DNA of 49,891 nucleotides from Nanobdellota archaeon (GTDB taxonomy: Archaea; Nanobdellota; Nanobdellia; Woesearchaeales; GW2011-AR9): the NCBI GenBank assembly GCA_038044525.1, contig JBBSZV010000025.1, forward strand, positions 1 through 49,891, in the 5' to 3' direction. This document shows positions 1 through 9,438 of this stretch, piece by piece. The first letter of the stretch is position 1; each line of letters opens with the position of its first letter. Both the position numbers and the translations under genes were made by a program. The notes beneath the pieces were generated by a model. That model searched no databases, was not told the origin of the DNA, and worked only from the letters and a program-made list of their open reading frames with translations.

Positions 1-163
1 AGACTATTTACTGACGAGAACTAATCACTTATCGACGGAGCTTTCCACGTACTCTGGATTATTGCTAAATGGTAACGGAACCAAGAAATCTTTATGAGAA
101 ACTCTGCTCAGTTGAAAATCTGGAGTTAGCTTTCAAGGGAGCTCGGAAAGGTAAAACTAAAAT

Positions 164-347
164 CTGCTTTTTCCACCAGTGTATTCACTGGTGGTGAATC
201 GGTGATTTCACCTCAATTGGAAAAAGCAGGGTCAGAAAACTGACCCGAGCGAAGCGAGCATGCATGAAATTTGAAAACCATCAAATTTCAGCACTAAAAA
301 CTAATCGTGGTTAGTTTTTATGTGCCGCCGGTCTATTGACCGGCGGT
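164..347 (+). other. Cluster of five consecutive perfect hairpins, possibly a structured ncRNA or a protein-binding palindrome array
   Basis: A 12-bp outer stem (164-175 with 218-229) encloses hairpins at 173-194 (CCACCAGTG/CACTGGTGG, loop TATT) and 193-212. Further hairpins follow: GGTCAG-aaaa-CTGACC at 230-245, GAAATTTGA/TCAAATTTC at 266-289, TAAAAACTAA/TTAGTTTTTA at 295-320, and GCCGCCGGTC/GACCGGCGGT at 324-347 (loop TATT). No ORF. Confidence 0.3.
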
Positions 348-484
348 GGTCAGTTTTCTTTGACAACACTAATGTTTTCCCGCCGGACCAGGTTAAAAGA
401 AAAAACATCACTTCACAACAACAAATTTTATAAATGGCCCCAGTCTGAAAGCTTTCAGAGGGAGTAGCTGTCAAGGGGGATCAC

Positions 485-1231
485 ATGAAATTAGTCTTAG
501 CTGAATCACGATACTTTAAGGAAAGCATCTCTATCGTTTCTGACTTAGTCACAGAAGCTAAATTTACTGCCAAACCTAATGGTTTAAAATTAGTAGCTAT
601 GGATCCGGCCAATGTAGCTTTGGTAGTGTTTGAATTATTAAGCAGCTGTTTTACCGAGTACCAAGTTAAAGATCTGGAAGAAATATGCATCAACCTGAAT
701 AATCTGAAGCAGATTCTGCGGCGGGCAAAAGCCGAAGATATATTGACTTTGGAGACCACCGAAGACCACAAGTTGAAAATTCAGATGAAAAGCAATGTGA
801 TAAGGTCGTTTTCGATTCCCACCTTGGAATTGGAAGATAAAGAGCAGCGGGTTCCGGAGCTGTCTTTTCCTATTACTATCGAATTGCGTTCGGACGTCTT
901 GACCGAAGCGATTGAAGATGTCAGCGTGGTAGCCGAATCAGTTACTTTTTTGGGTGAGAAAGACCTATTGTCTGTGAAAGCCGAAGGAGATTTATCTAAA
1001 GCGTTTATCGAAATAAAACCAGATGATACCACCATAATTAAGACTACTTCCAACGATAAGCTTAAAGCTAAATATTCTTTGGAGTATTTGAAGAAGATGA
1101 TTCCCGGAGGAAAGTTAGCGGAGAATGTATCGTTGTATTTTAATAACGATTACCCCCTGAAATTGGAATATAAACTAAAAGACAAGTTATCTTTGAGTTT
1201 CATCCTTGCTCCGAGAGTGGACAACGATTAA
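485..1231 (+). CDS. pcn: DNA polymerase sliding clamp (PCNA)
   Basis: 248 aa. The length and sequence look like archaeal PCNA (VAMDPANVALV, two-domain clamp fold, acidic C-terminus). Confidence 0.85.
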   Translation: MKLVLAESRYFKESISIVSDLVTEAKFTAKPNGLKLVAMDPANVALVVFELLSSCFTEYQVKDLEEICINLNNLKQILRRAKAEDILTLETTEDHKLKIQMKSNVIRSFSIPTLELEDKEQRVPELSFPITIELRSDVLTEAIEDVSVVAESVTFLGEKDLLSVKAEGDLSKAFIEIKPDDTTIIKTTSNDKLKAKYSLEYLKKMIPGGKLAENVSLYFNNDYPLKLEYKLKDKLSLSFILAPRVDND

Positions 1232-1314
1232 ATATTTTTTTCTGTTTTCTTAGGCGCCTCTTTCGCTAAAATTGGCGCAAATATTTAAAAAAAGTGCTGC
1301 TGTCTCGCCCTTAG

Positions 1315-2490
1315 GTGATCAAAATAAAAGAATTGTCTGTTAAACTGTCAAAAGTGGAACCGTCATCGACGCTCATGATTTCTGCAAAGGCCAGGGAGCT
1401 GAGAAAAGAAGGGCAGGACGTGATTGATTTAAGCATAGGAGAGCCAGGGCTGGTTCTTAAGAAAGAAATAAAGGATGCGGGGAAAAAAGCCATAGATGAC
1501 AACAAGAATACCTATACGCCGGTCGCGGGAATACCCGAACTTAAGAGAGCGATAATTGAAAAATTAAAACGCGATAACAATTTAGATTATAAGGAAAATG
1601 AGATTGTTATTTCCACCGGAGCAAAACAGTCGCTGTTCAATCTTATTGGCGTGCTGGCAAATCCGGGAGATGAATTCATACTGATAAAACCGTATTGGGT
1701 AAGCTACGCCGACCAGATTAAATATTTTGATGCGGTGCCGGTCATAGCGGAATGCACCAACAGTTTGGGGATAAGATCGGACTGCATAGAACAAAAAATA
1801 ACTGAAAAAACAAAAGCCATCATCTTAAATTCGCCGTGCAACCCCAGCGGCGCGGTGATTGAGGAAGAAGAACTTAAAAAAATATCAGAACTGGCTGTAA
1901 AAAATGACCTTTATGTAATCTCTGATGAGATTTATGAATACCTTATCTACGAAGGAACGCATAAGAGCATAGCAGATTATGGAGAAGATGTAAAAAAAAG
2001 AACAATAATCATCAACGGATGCTCAAAAGCCCACAGCATGACGGGTTTAAGAGTAGGGTATGCGACCGGGCCTTCCAACATAATAAAACTCATGGAAAAT
2101 TTTCAGAGCCAAGTCACTTCCGGCCCGAACTCGGTGTCACAATATATGGCAGTTGAGGCATTAGGATTGACCCGGGATGACTATCGCCATGAGATTAATG
2201 AATTCAAAAACAAAAGGAATTGGGTTATATCAGAACTGGAATCGTGCGGGATAAAAACAGAAGGGGCAAACGGGGCGTTCTACATATTCTTCAAAATTCC
2301 CGGCGATGCCAACAGCGAAGAGTTCTGCAAAAAACTGCTTCATGAAGAAAAATTAGCTCTTGTTCCGGGAATAGCGTTCGGGATGGAAGGATATGTGAGG
2401 ATAAGTTATGCTTCAGACATCAATACTATAAGAAAGGGCTTGGAAAGACTAAAACGATTTTTAAATGCTTGGTGTGCCCATAATAATTGA
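1315..2490 (+). CDS. PLP-dependent aminotransferase class I/II (aspartate aminotransferase-like)
   Basis: 391 aa. Carries the NPxNPSG-type motif (NSPCNPSG) and the SKAHSMTGLRVGY PLP-lysine region. Confidence 0.85.
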   Translation: MIKIKELSVKLSKVEPSSTLMISAKARELRKEGQDVIDLSIGEPGLVLKKEIKDAGKKAIDDNKNTYTPVAGIPELKRAIIEKLKRDNNLDYKENEIVISTGAKQSLFNLIGVLANPGDEFILIKPYWVSYADQIKYFDAVPVIAECTNSLGIRSDCIEQKITEKTKAIILNSPCNPSGAVIEEEELKKISELAVKNDLYVISDEIYEYLIYEGTHKSIADYGEDVKKRTIIINGCSKAHSMTGLRVGYATGPSNIIKLMENFQSQVTSGPNSVSQYMAVEALGLTRDDYRHEINEFKNKRNWVISELESCGIKTEGANGAFYIFFKIPGDANSEEFCKKLLHEEKLALVPGIAFGMEGYVRISYASDINTIRKGLERLKRFLNAWCAHNN

Positions 2491-2493
2491 ACC

Positions 2494-3963
2494 ATGAAAA
2501 CAAAAATAGCAAGAACCATGTCAACACAGCATCCCGATAACGTAGCTATCCCTTCCTTCGCGTCAAACCAAACCTTAACTGGGGACGATGAAGTGCAAGA
2601 AGCATTCTATGTATATTCGTGCCTGGGGATAGACGAGCAATTGTGGGATGTGGAAGGGAAAGAAGTAGATAATTATGTAGTCCATAAGCTCCTTTCAAAA
2701 TATCCGGATTATTTCCGGCAGAACAGATTAGGAGAACATAAATTTCTCACTATCAGAGCGCCGAATCCGGATGTCGAAAAGAACGAAGCTAAAATAATCC
2801 CCGAATTGATGCTCTCCATACCCAGAAACCACGACGTAGCCACGGTATTCTACCAAGAAGATACCAGCCCCATATTTGAGATAGTCATGCCCATGTGCAC
2901 CTCTGAAAAGCCGTTGATAAGAATCCGTGAATTGTACCGGCACTTGGTTAAGAATCTGCCTAACAAAAAAATAGGAGATATGAAATTGAAAGGATGGCTA
3001 GGAAATTTCAAACCGAAGCATATCCGGATAACTCCTCTTTTTGAGACTAAAGAAGAAATATTAAATTCCCATATTTATATAGAAAAATATATCCAATATG
3101 CAAAAATAAAAGATTTTCAGAGAGTATGGTATGCGAGAAGCGATCCGGCAATGAATTACGGCTCCGTAGCAGCGATACTGCTGGTGAAAGTGGCTCTGCA
3201 GAGAATAAGTTCTCTGGAAAAAAAATGTGGGATAAGTATACTGCCCATAATAGGGCTGGGATCAGCTCCATTCAGAGGCAATTTTAAACCTTCTACTGTC
3301 AGGAAAATCCTGGAAGGATACCCGAGTGTGCAAACATTTACCGTCCAATCTGCATTCAAATATGATTACCCTATCAAGCAAGTAATAGAAGCGATAGAAT
3401 ACCTAAACCAGACTGAAAGAGGAAAACCTTTTGAAATTGACGAAGAGATGGCTTTGAAATATATTGATGCTATACACAAAGATTATGCTGATACTATAAA
3501 AGAGATTGCTCCATTAGTTAATGATTTTAGTAAATACATTCCGGGAAGAAGAAAAAGAAAAATGCACATCGGCCTTTTTGGATATTCCAGAAATGCTTCC
3601 GGGATAAAACTCCCGAGAACCATAACTTTCTGCGCAGTGTTATACTCTTTGGGGATATCGCCGGAATTATTCGGGCTTTCGGAACTTACGGAAGAAGACT
3701 TCGCCAACATAAAAACAGGTTACACCAATTTTGAATATGATATGGGGGAAGCACTCCAATATTTCAATGAAAAAAATTTAGACCTGCTTTCACCGAGGAT
3801 GAAAGAAAAAATATCTAAGACTGCAAAAATGTTCAAGTACGAAGTTAACCGGGAACACCAGGAGATCACGACAAAAATAGCTAAGGCATACCGAGATAAT
3901 GATTGTGAAGCCATAAACGAATTAGTCCTGCGTGCCGGTAAAATCAGGGGATTTTTGGGTTGA
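2494..3963 (+). CDS. ppcA: Archaeal-type phosphoenolpyruvate carboxylase
   Basis: 489 aa. N-terminus MSTQHPDN is typical of the short archaeal PepcA family. Confidence 0.85.
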   Translation: MKTKIARTMSTQHPDNVAIPSFASNQTLTGDDEVQEAFYVYSCLGIDEQLWDVEGKEVDNYVVHKLLSKYPDYFRQNRLGEHKFLTIRAPNPDVEKNEAKIIPELMLSIPRNHDVATVFYQEDTSPIFEIVMPMCTSEKPLIRIRELYRHLVKNLPNKKIGDMKLKGWLGNFKPKHIRITPLFETKEEILNSHIYIEKYIQYAKIKDFQRVWYARSDPAMNYGSVAAILLVKVALQRISSLEKKCGISILPIIGLGSAPFRGNFKPSTVRKILEGYPSVQTFTVQSAFKYDYPIKQVIEAIEYLNQTERGKPFEIDEEMALKYIDAIHKDYADTIKEIAPLVNDFSKYIPGRRKRKMHIGLFGYSRNASGIKLPRTITFCAVLYSLGISPELFGLSELTEEDFANIKTGYTNFEYDMGEALQYFNEKNLDLLSPRMKEKISKTAKMFKYEVNREHQEITTKIAKAYRDNDCEAINELVLRAGKIRGFLG

Positions 3964-3974
3964 TGATTTTATAG

Positions 3975-4349
3975 TTAATGATTATCGCAACCAGAAAGTT
4001 TGGCCAACTGTTCTAAAGTTTTGTAACCGTTGATTTTTTCCCCATTCTTAAATTTCCAGAAAGGGAAGGTTTCAAACTCTTCCTTATCGCATCTTTGGCG
4101 TTCTTCCGGAGAGCTTCTGTCAGAACATTCGATGTAGTTTTTCTTAAAGACATTCCAGGCATCCGGACCGAAAGCTTTCTCTTGCTTGATGCAGGCCGGA
4201 CACCAGTAAGCACCAAAAAACTCCGCTTCCTGCGCGAGGCATTGCGCAAGTTTGATTTTAGCTTCTGCGACATCATATTGTTTGGGAGCAGAGTATTGAT
4301 TAACACAACTTAAAAGTGAAGCAAAGCCAGCAACAAGAATCTTTTTCAT
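3975..4349 (-). CDS. Secreted thioredoxin-like thiol-disulfide oxidoreductase (WCPAC active site)
   Basis: 124 aa. N-terminal signal/TM segment and a CxxC motif (YWCPAC). Confidence 0.7.
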   Translation of the reverse strand: MKKILVAGFASLLSCVNQYSAPKQYDVAEAKIKLAQCLAQEAEFFGAYWCPACIKQEKAFGPDAWNVFKKNYIECSDRSSPEERQRCDKEEFETFPFWKFKNGEKINGYKTLEQLAKLSGCDNH

Positions 4350-4475
4350 AAAATATTAGTAAGCGAGAGCTATATAATGGTTACGCATATATGAAATAAA
4401 ATAAATGCATATTGTAAGATTATGAGTTAGCTCTATTTAACAAGTTTTATAAACGAGTTTTATTTCTTTTGATGT

Positions 4476-4901
4476 ATGAAAAGAGGTTTGATAATAATCA
4501 GTTTCTTAGTATTATCTATTTTTCTCATTGGATGTAACACCTCAATTCCGGAAGTGACGGGAGAAAATGCCGGAAATGATGAAGAGCTAGCGGCCGGAAA
4601 CACTGTTACCATTACCGCCGAGGGATTTTCTCCAAAAACATTGACTGTAAAGGCCGGAACGGCCGTCACTTTTGTCAATGAAGACGCCAATGAACATTGG
4701 CCGGCTTCCGCTAGGCATCCTACGCATACCATGTACCCCGGCTCGAGTATCGAAAAATGCGGAACCGGCGAAGCGATATTCGATGCCTGCAAAGGTTTGG
4801 CGCAGGGAGAATCCTTTTCTTTTACATTTGATGAAATCGGCTCTTGGAAATATCACGATCATCTTAACGTGCCTTTGACTGGCACTATAGTGGTAGAATG
4901 A
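4476..4901 (+). CDS. Cupredoxin-like lipoprotein
   Basis: 141 aa. Signal peptide with lipobox (LIGC), a beta-sandwich TVTFVNEDANEHW pattern and a C-terminal YHDH...TIVVE. First gene of an operon whose stop/start codons overlap with DoxX and VKOR. Confidence 0.45.
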   Translation: MKRGLIIISFLVLSIFLIGCNTSIPEVTGENAGNDEELAAGNTVTITAEGFSPKTLTVKAGTAVTFVNEDANEHWPASARHPTHTMYPGSSIEKCGTGEAIFDACKGLAQGESFSFTFDEIGSWKYHDHLNVPLTGTIVVE

Positions 4902-5263
4902 AAAAAACAACCTGCGATTATTCAAAATTAACTTCATTTATTCTGCGAGTTGCCTTGGCAGTGCCTTTTCTCTTCGCAGCGATCGATGCTACATTGCAGC
5001 CAGAAGCGTGGATCGGATTCATGCCCTTGTTTTTCAGAAACTTATTGCCTGAAGCTTTGTTATTAGTGGCTTTTTCCCTGCACCAAGCCGGACTGACTTT
5101 TTGGCTCCTTTCCGGTTGGAAAACAAAAGAAGCGGCCGTGTTTGCGGCGTTGACATTATTGATAATAACTGCGGCAAATATTACGGTTTTAGAAATCGTC
5201 TTCCGCGACATAGGATTATTGCTGGCAGCAGTAGCTTTGGGGGTCTTGCATCTAAAAAAATGA
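4898..5263 (+). CDS. DoxX family membrane protein
   Basis: 121 aa with 4 TM segments and DoxX-like topology. Its stop overlaps the VKOR start codon. Confidence 0.7.
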   Translation: MKKTTCDYSKLTSFILRVALAVPFLFAAIDATLQPEAWIGFMPLFFRNLLPEALLLVAFSLHQAGLTFWLLSGWKTKEAAVFAALTLLIITAANITVLEIVFRDIGLLLAAVALGVLHLKK

Positions 5264-5670
5264 GCACGGTATTTACTGCTTCATTCATGACCTTAGCTAT
5301 CGCCGGCATAGTGGATGCCGGATATTTGGTCTGGAAACATTATAAAAACAACGCTAAGCCGTTAGTCTGTCCGCTGGATCATGATTGCAGCACGGTTACT
5401 GAAAGCAAATGGTCGCATATTTTCTTTTTCAGAAATGAAGTTCTGGGGCTTTTGTTTTACGCATCCATGCTGGCAGCAGGGATCATTGTTTTCCTTGCGC
5501 CGGAATTCATTCTTCTTAAAATACTGATCAAACTTGCGGCAGGGGGAGGATTGCTATTTTCGCTTTTCTTAATATGGGTGCAGATATACAAAATCAAAGA
5601 TTATTGTTTTTACTGTATGCTTTCGGCGTTGATAACTTTATTATTGTTTATGAATAGCTTATTATTGTAA
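5260..5670 (+). CDS. Vitamin K epoxide reductase (VKOR) family protein
   Basis: Start trimmed to the ATG at 5260 (MSTVFT...). Loop cysteine pair CPLDHDC, active-site CxxC (CFYC) in a TM helix, 4-5 TM segments. Confidence 0.8.
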   Translation: MSTVFTASFMTLAIAGIVDAGYLVWKHYKNNAKPLVCPLDHDCSTVTESKWSHIFFFRNEVLGLLFYASMLAAGIIVFLAPEFILLKILIKLAAGGGLLFSLFLIWVQIYKIKDYCFYCMLSALITLLLFMNSLLL

Positions 5671-5729
5671 TTAAAACAGTTCTAATATTTTAGAAATATT
5701 TTTAAACATTAGATTCATAATAGCATTAT

Positions 5730-6227
5730 ATGGCTGCCGGAAGAGCTTATGATACCCTTTGTGATAAGTTAGAGCCGTATGTTGCTCCCATCGTTAATCT
5801 TATCACAGAAGAAAAAAAGTATGCTGCTGAAGAAGCTACAGATAAGACTTTGGAAGACGAATTCCTACCTCCTTGGCCTTATGACGATTTCCTACCGCCA
5901 GATCCCCGTATACTGAGGATATTACGACTCAAGGTAGGGACTGAACTTATTGCTTCCGCTTGGTCAGAGACTCTTCGTATATTATATAAAGAACGGGGCG
6001 AAATCGAGTTGCGTGATTGTTTGCTGCCAGAAGAACTAGAGGGCGCCAGTTCCTCATGGAACAGCGATCTAAGCCGTTTCGGTTTTAATCATGAACAAGT
6101 TGAAAACATTCTCCGAAATTTTGGCCAACAAGAAATAACAAATAGCGTAGAATTGCCTTGGGGAGGATATGTAATACGGGTTGCTGACAGATTTAAATTG
6201 AGTGAGTCCTATAATAAGAATATCTAA
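5730..6227 (+). CDS. Hypothetical protein
   Basis: 165-aa ORF with no recognisable motif. Confidence 0.4.
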   Translation: MAAGRAYDTLCDKLEPYVAPIVNLITEEKKYAAEEATDKTLEDEFLPPWPYDDFLPPDPRILRILRLKVGTELIASAWSETLRILYKERGEIELRDCLLPEELEGASSSWNSDLSRFGFNHEQVENILRNFGQQEITNSVELPWGGYVIRVADRFKLSESYNKNI

Positions 6228-6304
6228 GCTTATTTTCCTTCCACACCCAAAAGAATATATAGGTCTGCTTATTTTAGAGCTAAAAGTGAAGGGAGGTTTA
6301 AATT

Positions 6305-7009
6305 ATGGAAGAGATGCATAAAGTTGATTCAGCTGCGAAACCTAAAAAGTTTAGCAGTGATATGTTTTGGAAAGTCACTACTGTCGTATTGATCATAGTT
6401 TTAGTTGTGCTAACATTCAAAGGTAATAATAATTCTGCCCCTACCGGGGGCACGGTTGTTGACAACCCTGAACCGGCTGTCGCAGTTAATTTTGAAGACT
6501 TATTGGATGATGATGCCGTGAAAGGCGATGAAGATGCTCCAGTAACCATCATTGAATGGAGCGATTTTGAATGTCCTTTCTGCGCCAGGTTCTATCGTGA
6601 CACTTTACCCCTGATCGAAGAAGAATACATCAAAACCGGTAAAGTAAAATTAGTGTTTAGGGACTTTCCATTGAGTTTCCACCAGAACGCTCAGAAAGCG
6701 GCAGAAGCTGCGGAATGCGCTGGAGAGCAGGGAAAATTCTGGGAAATGCATGATTTACTGTTCGAGCAAGGAGTGGAAGGCGGCACGGCCGGATTCAAGC
6801 AGTACGCAAAACAATTGGGCTTAAATACTGCCAAGTTCAATGAATGTTTGGATTCCGGAGCGATGGCTTCGGAAGTGCGTAAAGATACAGCTGACGGAGC
6901 TGCCGCAGGAATTCAGGGAACACCAGGATTCTTAATAAACGGGAAACTGGTAAGCGGAGCACAGCCATTCAGCAGCTTTAAGCAAGTCATTGATGCTGAA
7001 CTGGAGTAA
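6305..7009 (+). CDS. DsbA-like thiol:disulfide interchange protein, membrane anchored
   Basis: 234 aa. N-terminal TM segment, then a thioredoxin fold with SDFECPFCARF and a DsbA-like helical insert. Confidence 0.8.
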   Translation: MEEMHKVDSAAKPKKFSSDMFWKVTTVVLIIVLVVLTFKGNNNSAPTGGTVVDNPEPAVAVNFEDLLDDDAVKGDEDAPVTIIEWSDFECPFCARFYRDTLPLIEEEYIKTGKVKLVFRDFPLSFHQNAQKAAEAAECAGEQGKFWEMHDLLFEQGVEGGTAGFKQYAKQLGLNTAKFNECLDSGAMASEVRKDTADGAAAGIQGTPGFLINGKLVSGAQPFSSFKQVIDAELE

Positions 7010-7101
7010 AAATTTTATTATTTTTTATTATTTATTTTAATATTATTTGAAATCGGCTCTAAGGTCAAAAAGATTATATAGGCGCAGCAATTATCTAAGT
7101 T

Positions 7102-7713
7102 ATGGTCTTTACGTTTGCCGCTTTGACTGCATTGAGCTTGTTCTCTCAACCTTATGCGCCGGAAACTGATTTTAAACTTGATATGTCAGCACCGTATTTT
7201 TCGCAGGAGACGGCTAAAAGACCAAAAGGCGATAATCAAAGGATCGCTGATATTATTTATGCTAAGATTCTTGCCCATACCCTTTACACGCAGATGGAAC
7301 AAAAAGAAAATATATTCGTCTTGTTCTTTGAAAGCTATGGCGGGAAGCATAAGGGATTTTATGTGGAAAGGAATCTGCCTGATGAGCCAAGACATCTTAT
7401 CCTCCATGCTGACGACCAGAAAAATGGAATTACTGCGGCCATCACCGTCCACGGAAAACTCAGCAGTATCGACAGCGTGATCCTTAAGAAATTCGAAGGC
7501 GGAAAACCTATCAAAAAGAGGGATATCTCTCCGGAAGATAAAGATGCGCTGCTGCTTTACAGAAGGATGCTGGAAGCGTCGGTCTGGCACATCGGCGGGG
7601 CAGAGGTAAGCAGAGATCCGGTCGGCTTTAACATCGCAAAATATGGCGGGCATATCAAAGATGATGAATTTGTCTCCTCTTTGGAAAATCTCATCAGCAA
7701 GGCTAATATGTAA
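7102..7713 (+). CDS. Hypothetical protein
   Basis: 203-aa ORF with an N-terminal hydrophobic segment. Confidence 0.4.
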   Translation: MVFTFAALTALSLFSQPYAPETDFKLDMSAPYFSQETAKRPKGDNQRIADIIYAKILAHTLYTQMEQKENIFVLFFESYGGKHKGFYVERNLPDEPRHLILHADDQKNGITAAITVHGKLSSIDSVILKKFEGGKPIKKRDISPEDKDALLLYRRMLEASVWHIGGAEVSRDPVGFNIAKYGGHIKDDEFVSSLENLISKANM

Positions 7714-7780
7714 TTTCTTTATATGGAAGTTTTTTAAGATTATTTATGGTTAACAAAGAAAAATATAAAAAAAATAAACT

Positions 7781-8182
7781 TTAAAATAGTTCCTTCTTAA
7801 GCAGTGCTTGTTCTAAACTCCATTTGCCGTTGCCATGCACAGCCACAATTATAAAACAGGCCAGGAATAAGAGCGCCAATTCTCCCTTATTTACTATCGG
7901 CACCAATCCCTGCGGGAAATGTACTGTTGCTAACGCGCCGACCATGATTGCTGTTCCGCCTACAGAAGCGAGCCTGGAGAAAAATCCTAACGTAATTGCC
8001 AATCCGCCGACCAGTTCGACCGTACCTGCAAAGCCCATCAGACTTAGCAGCGACACGGTTCCTTGAGAACCGAACCAACCTAACAACTTCTGCGCGCCAT
8101 GCTGCACAAACATTAACCCGACAATTACGCGAAATATCGCATACCCTTCCGCGTGATACTTCTGCAATTTCTTCAATACCAT
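7781..8182 (-). CDS. DoxX family membrane protein (second copy)
   Basis: 133 aa with 4 TM segments and DoxX-like sequence (FRVIVGLMFVQHGAQKL). Confidence 0.7.
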   Translation of the reverse strand: MVLKKLQKYHAEGYAIFRVIVGLMFVQHGAQKLLGWFGSQGTVSLLSLMGFAGTVELVGGLAITLGFFSRLASVGGTAIMVGALATVHFPQGLVPIVNKGELALLFLACFIIVAVHGNGKWSLEQALLKKELF

Positions 8183-8254
8183 TTGATAGCCTCCTTTTGT
8201 TTTGAGTTTTATTTAGGAGAAAGATATTTAAGCTTTCCGAAAACGCAGTTATAC

Positions 8255-8698
8255 ATGGACCCCTTGTGGATATTAGTTTTGGTTTTATTCATAGTGGTGG
8301 CTGCTCTCGCTTACCGGATTGGAGTTTCTGCCGGAGCTATGAAGCGGGATAAGCATTGGGAAGAACAAATCCCGGAAATCAAGAAAGATTCTATTGATCG
8401 TTCCAGAGCTTCACTAAGCGGACAGTTTTCTGAACAACTGGCGCCATATCTGCCTAATTTCAAGTACAAGCCGACGGAATGCAAATTTCTGGGCAAGCCG
8501 ATTGATTTGATTGTGTTCAGTGGATTAGATGAAAAAGCTGTTACGGAAATAGTGTTTGTGGAAGTGAAAAGCGGCGGTTCAGAACTGAATTCGGTGCAGA
8601 GAAAGATACGAGATGCAGTTAAAGAAGGAAGAGTCAGATGGGACGAATATAGGATTCCGAAGGAGTTGGTTATCAGAAAAGAAGAGAAATCTATTTAA
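8255..8698 (+). CDS. Membrane-anchored PD-(D/E)xK nuclease related to archaeal Holliday junction resolvase (Hjc-like)
   Basis: Start trimmed to ATG 8255. N-terminal TM segment, then IDLIVF...EIVFVEVKSG, matching the D-ExK core of the Hjc/COG4741 family. Confidence 0.5.
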   Translation: MDPLWILVLVLFIVVAALAYRIGVSAGAMKRDKHWEEQIPEIKKDSIDRSRASLSGQFSEQLAPYLPNFKYKPTECKFLGKPIDLIVFSGLDEKAVTEIVFVEVKSGGSELNSVQRKIRDAVKEGRVRWDEYRIPKELVIRKEEKSI

Positions 8699-8721
8699 AG
8701 AAGGAATTCATCAAGAAAAAT

Positions 8722-9438
8722 ATGGGATTGGTCCAGATATATGATACTCAGGAAGAAGTGTTGCAACGAGTACGGCAAGTAGTTTATGAATCTAACCTAA
8801 AAACCAGAGAAACACTAGAGAGCCTTACTAAAGCAGCTATGTCTGAGTACAGAGAAAAATCAGGTTTTGATGAACGATGGATCAGGAGGAATGAAGAATT
8901 CAAAAAGAAAAAACCTTGGGCGTCAACTTTTCCGCCAAATATGGTCCACTTGTCAGATGATGAGCAAAAAAATTTCAAGGAACAATATCATGATTTAGGA
9001 AAGGATTTGGAGCTTACTGTATTGGTTCATCTCTCCGCTGTTGGCGATGAATACAACTTTGACGATGTATCAGGCGGTATTGGTATAGGCTTTGTCGGAC
9101 CGTACAAAGATATAAGCTCTATGGCATTAGACATAAAGGACATTTTGCAACAGCTAAAAGGTAAATTCTCTGGAGCAAAACTAACTCCCGCCTTTTATAC
9201 TACTAAAGAAAATAAACCTCTTGTGCCGGAAGAAATAAGTAGTGATGTTGATGGTTGGCTAAACGGTATTGCGCAAGAAATGCAAGAAGATGATGATCTT
9301 CCAGAAGAAGCAAAGACTTCCATTTATGAAGAGCTAAGAGAGTTTGCTTCTTCTAAAGATAGGTATGGAGGACTGACCGAAGCAGAATGCGCAGAATTTG
9401 AAAGATTATTTTGCCAACAAGCCACTAATACCCCTTAA
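8722..9438 (+). CDS. Hypothetical protein
   Basis: 238-aa ORF with no recognisable motif. Confidence 0.4.
   Translation: MGLVQIYDTQEEVLQRVRQVVYESNLKTRETLESLTKAAMSEYREKSGFDERWIRRNEEFKKKKPWASTFPPNMVHLSDDEQKNFKEQYHDLGKDLELTVLVHLSAVGDEYNFDDVSGGIGIGFVGPYKDISSMALDIKDILQQLKGKFSGAKLTPAFYTTKENKPLVPEEISSDVDGWLNGIAQEMQEDDDLPEEAKTSIYEELREFASSKDRYGGLTEAECAEFERLFCQQATNTP

Noticed and set aside
1-160. Possible 3' end of a gene truncated by the window start
   Set aside because: All three plus frames hit stops within ~100 bp and nothing is recognisable. I cannot support a call.
164-347. Hairpin cluster as SRP RNA, RNase P RNA or tRNA
   Set aside because: I could not find the conserved motifs: the RNase P P4 GGAAAGUCC-type sequence, the SRP helix-8 signature, or tRNA T-arm/acceptor geometry. 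I kept it only as an unclassified structured element.
5101-5259. 5' extension of the VKOR ORF (MAPFRLENKRSG...)
   Set aside because: It overlaps the DoxX gene in another frame. The internal ATG at 5260 gives the ATGA stop/start overlap typical of operons and a protein beginning at the first TM helix.
7154-7653. ORFs 7154..7480(+) and 7186..7653(-)
   Set aside because: They are embedded in the longer 7102..7713 ORF, which I prefer as the CDS; no motifs.
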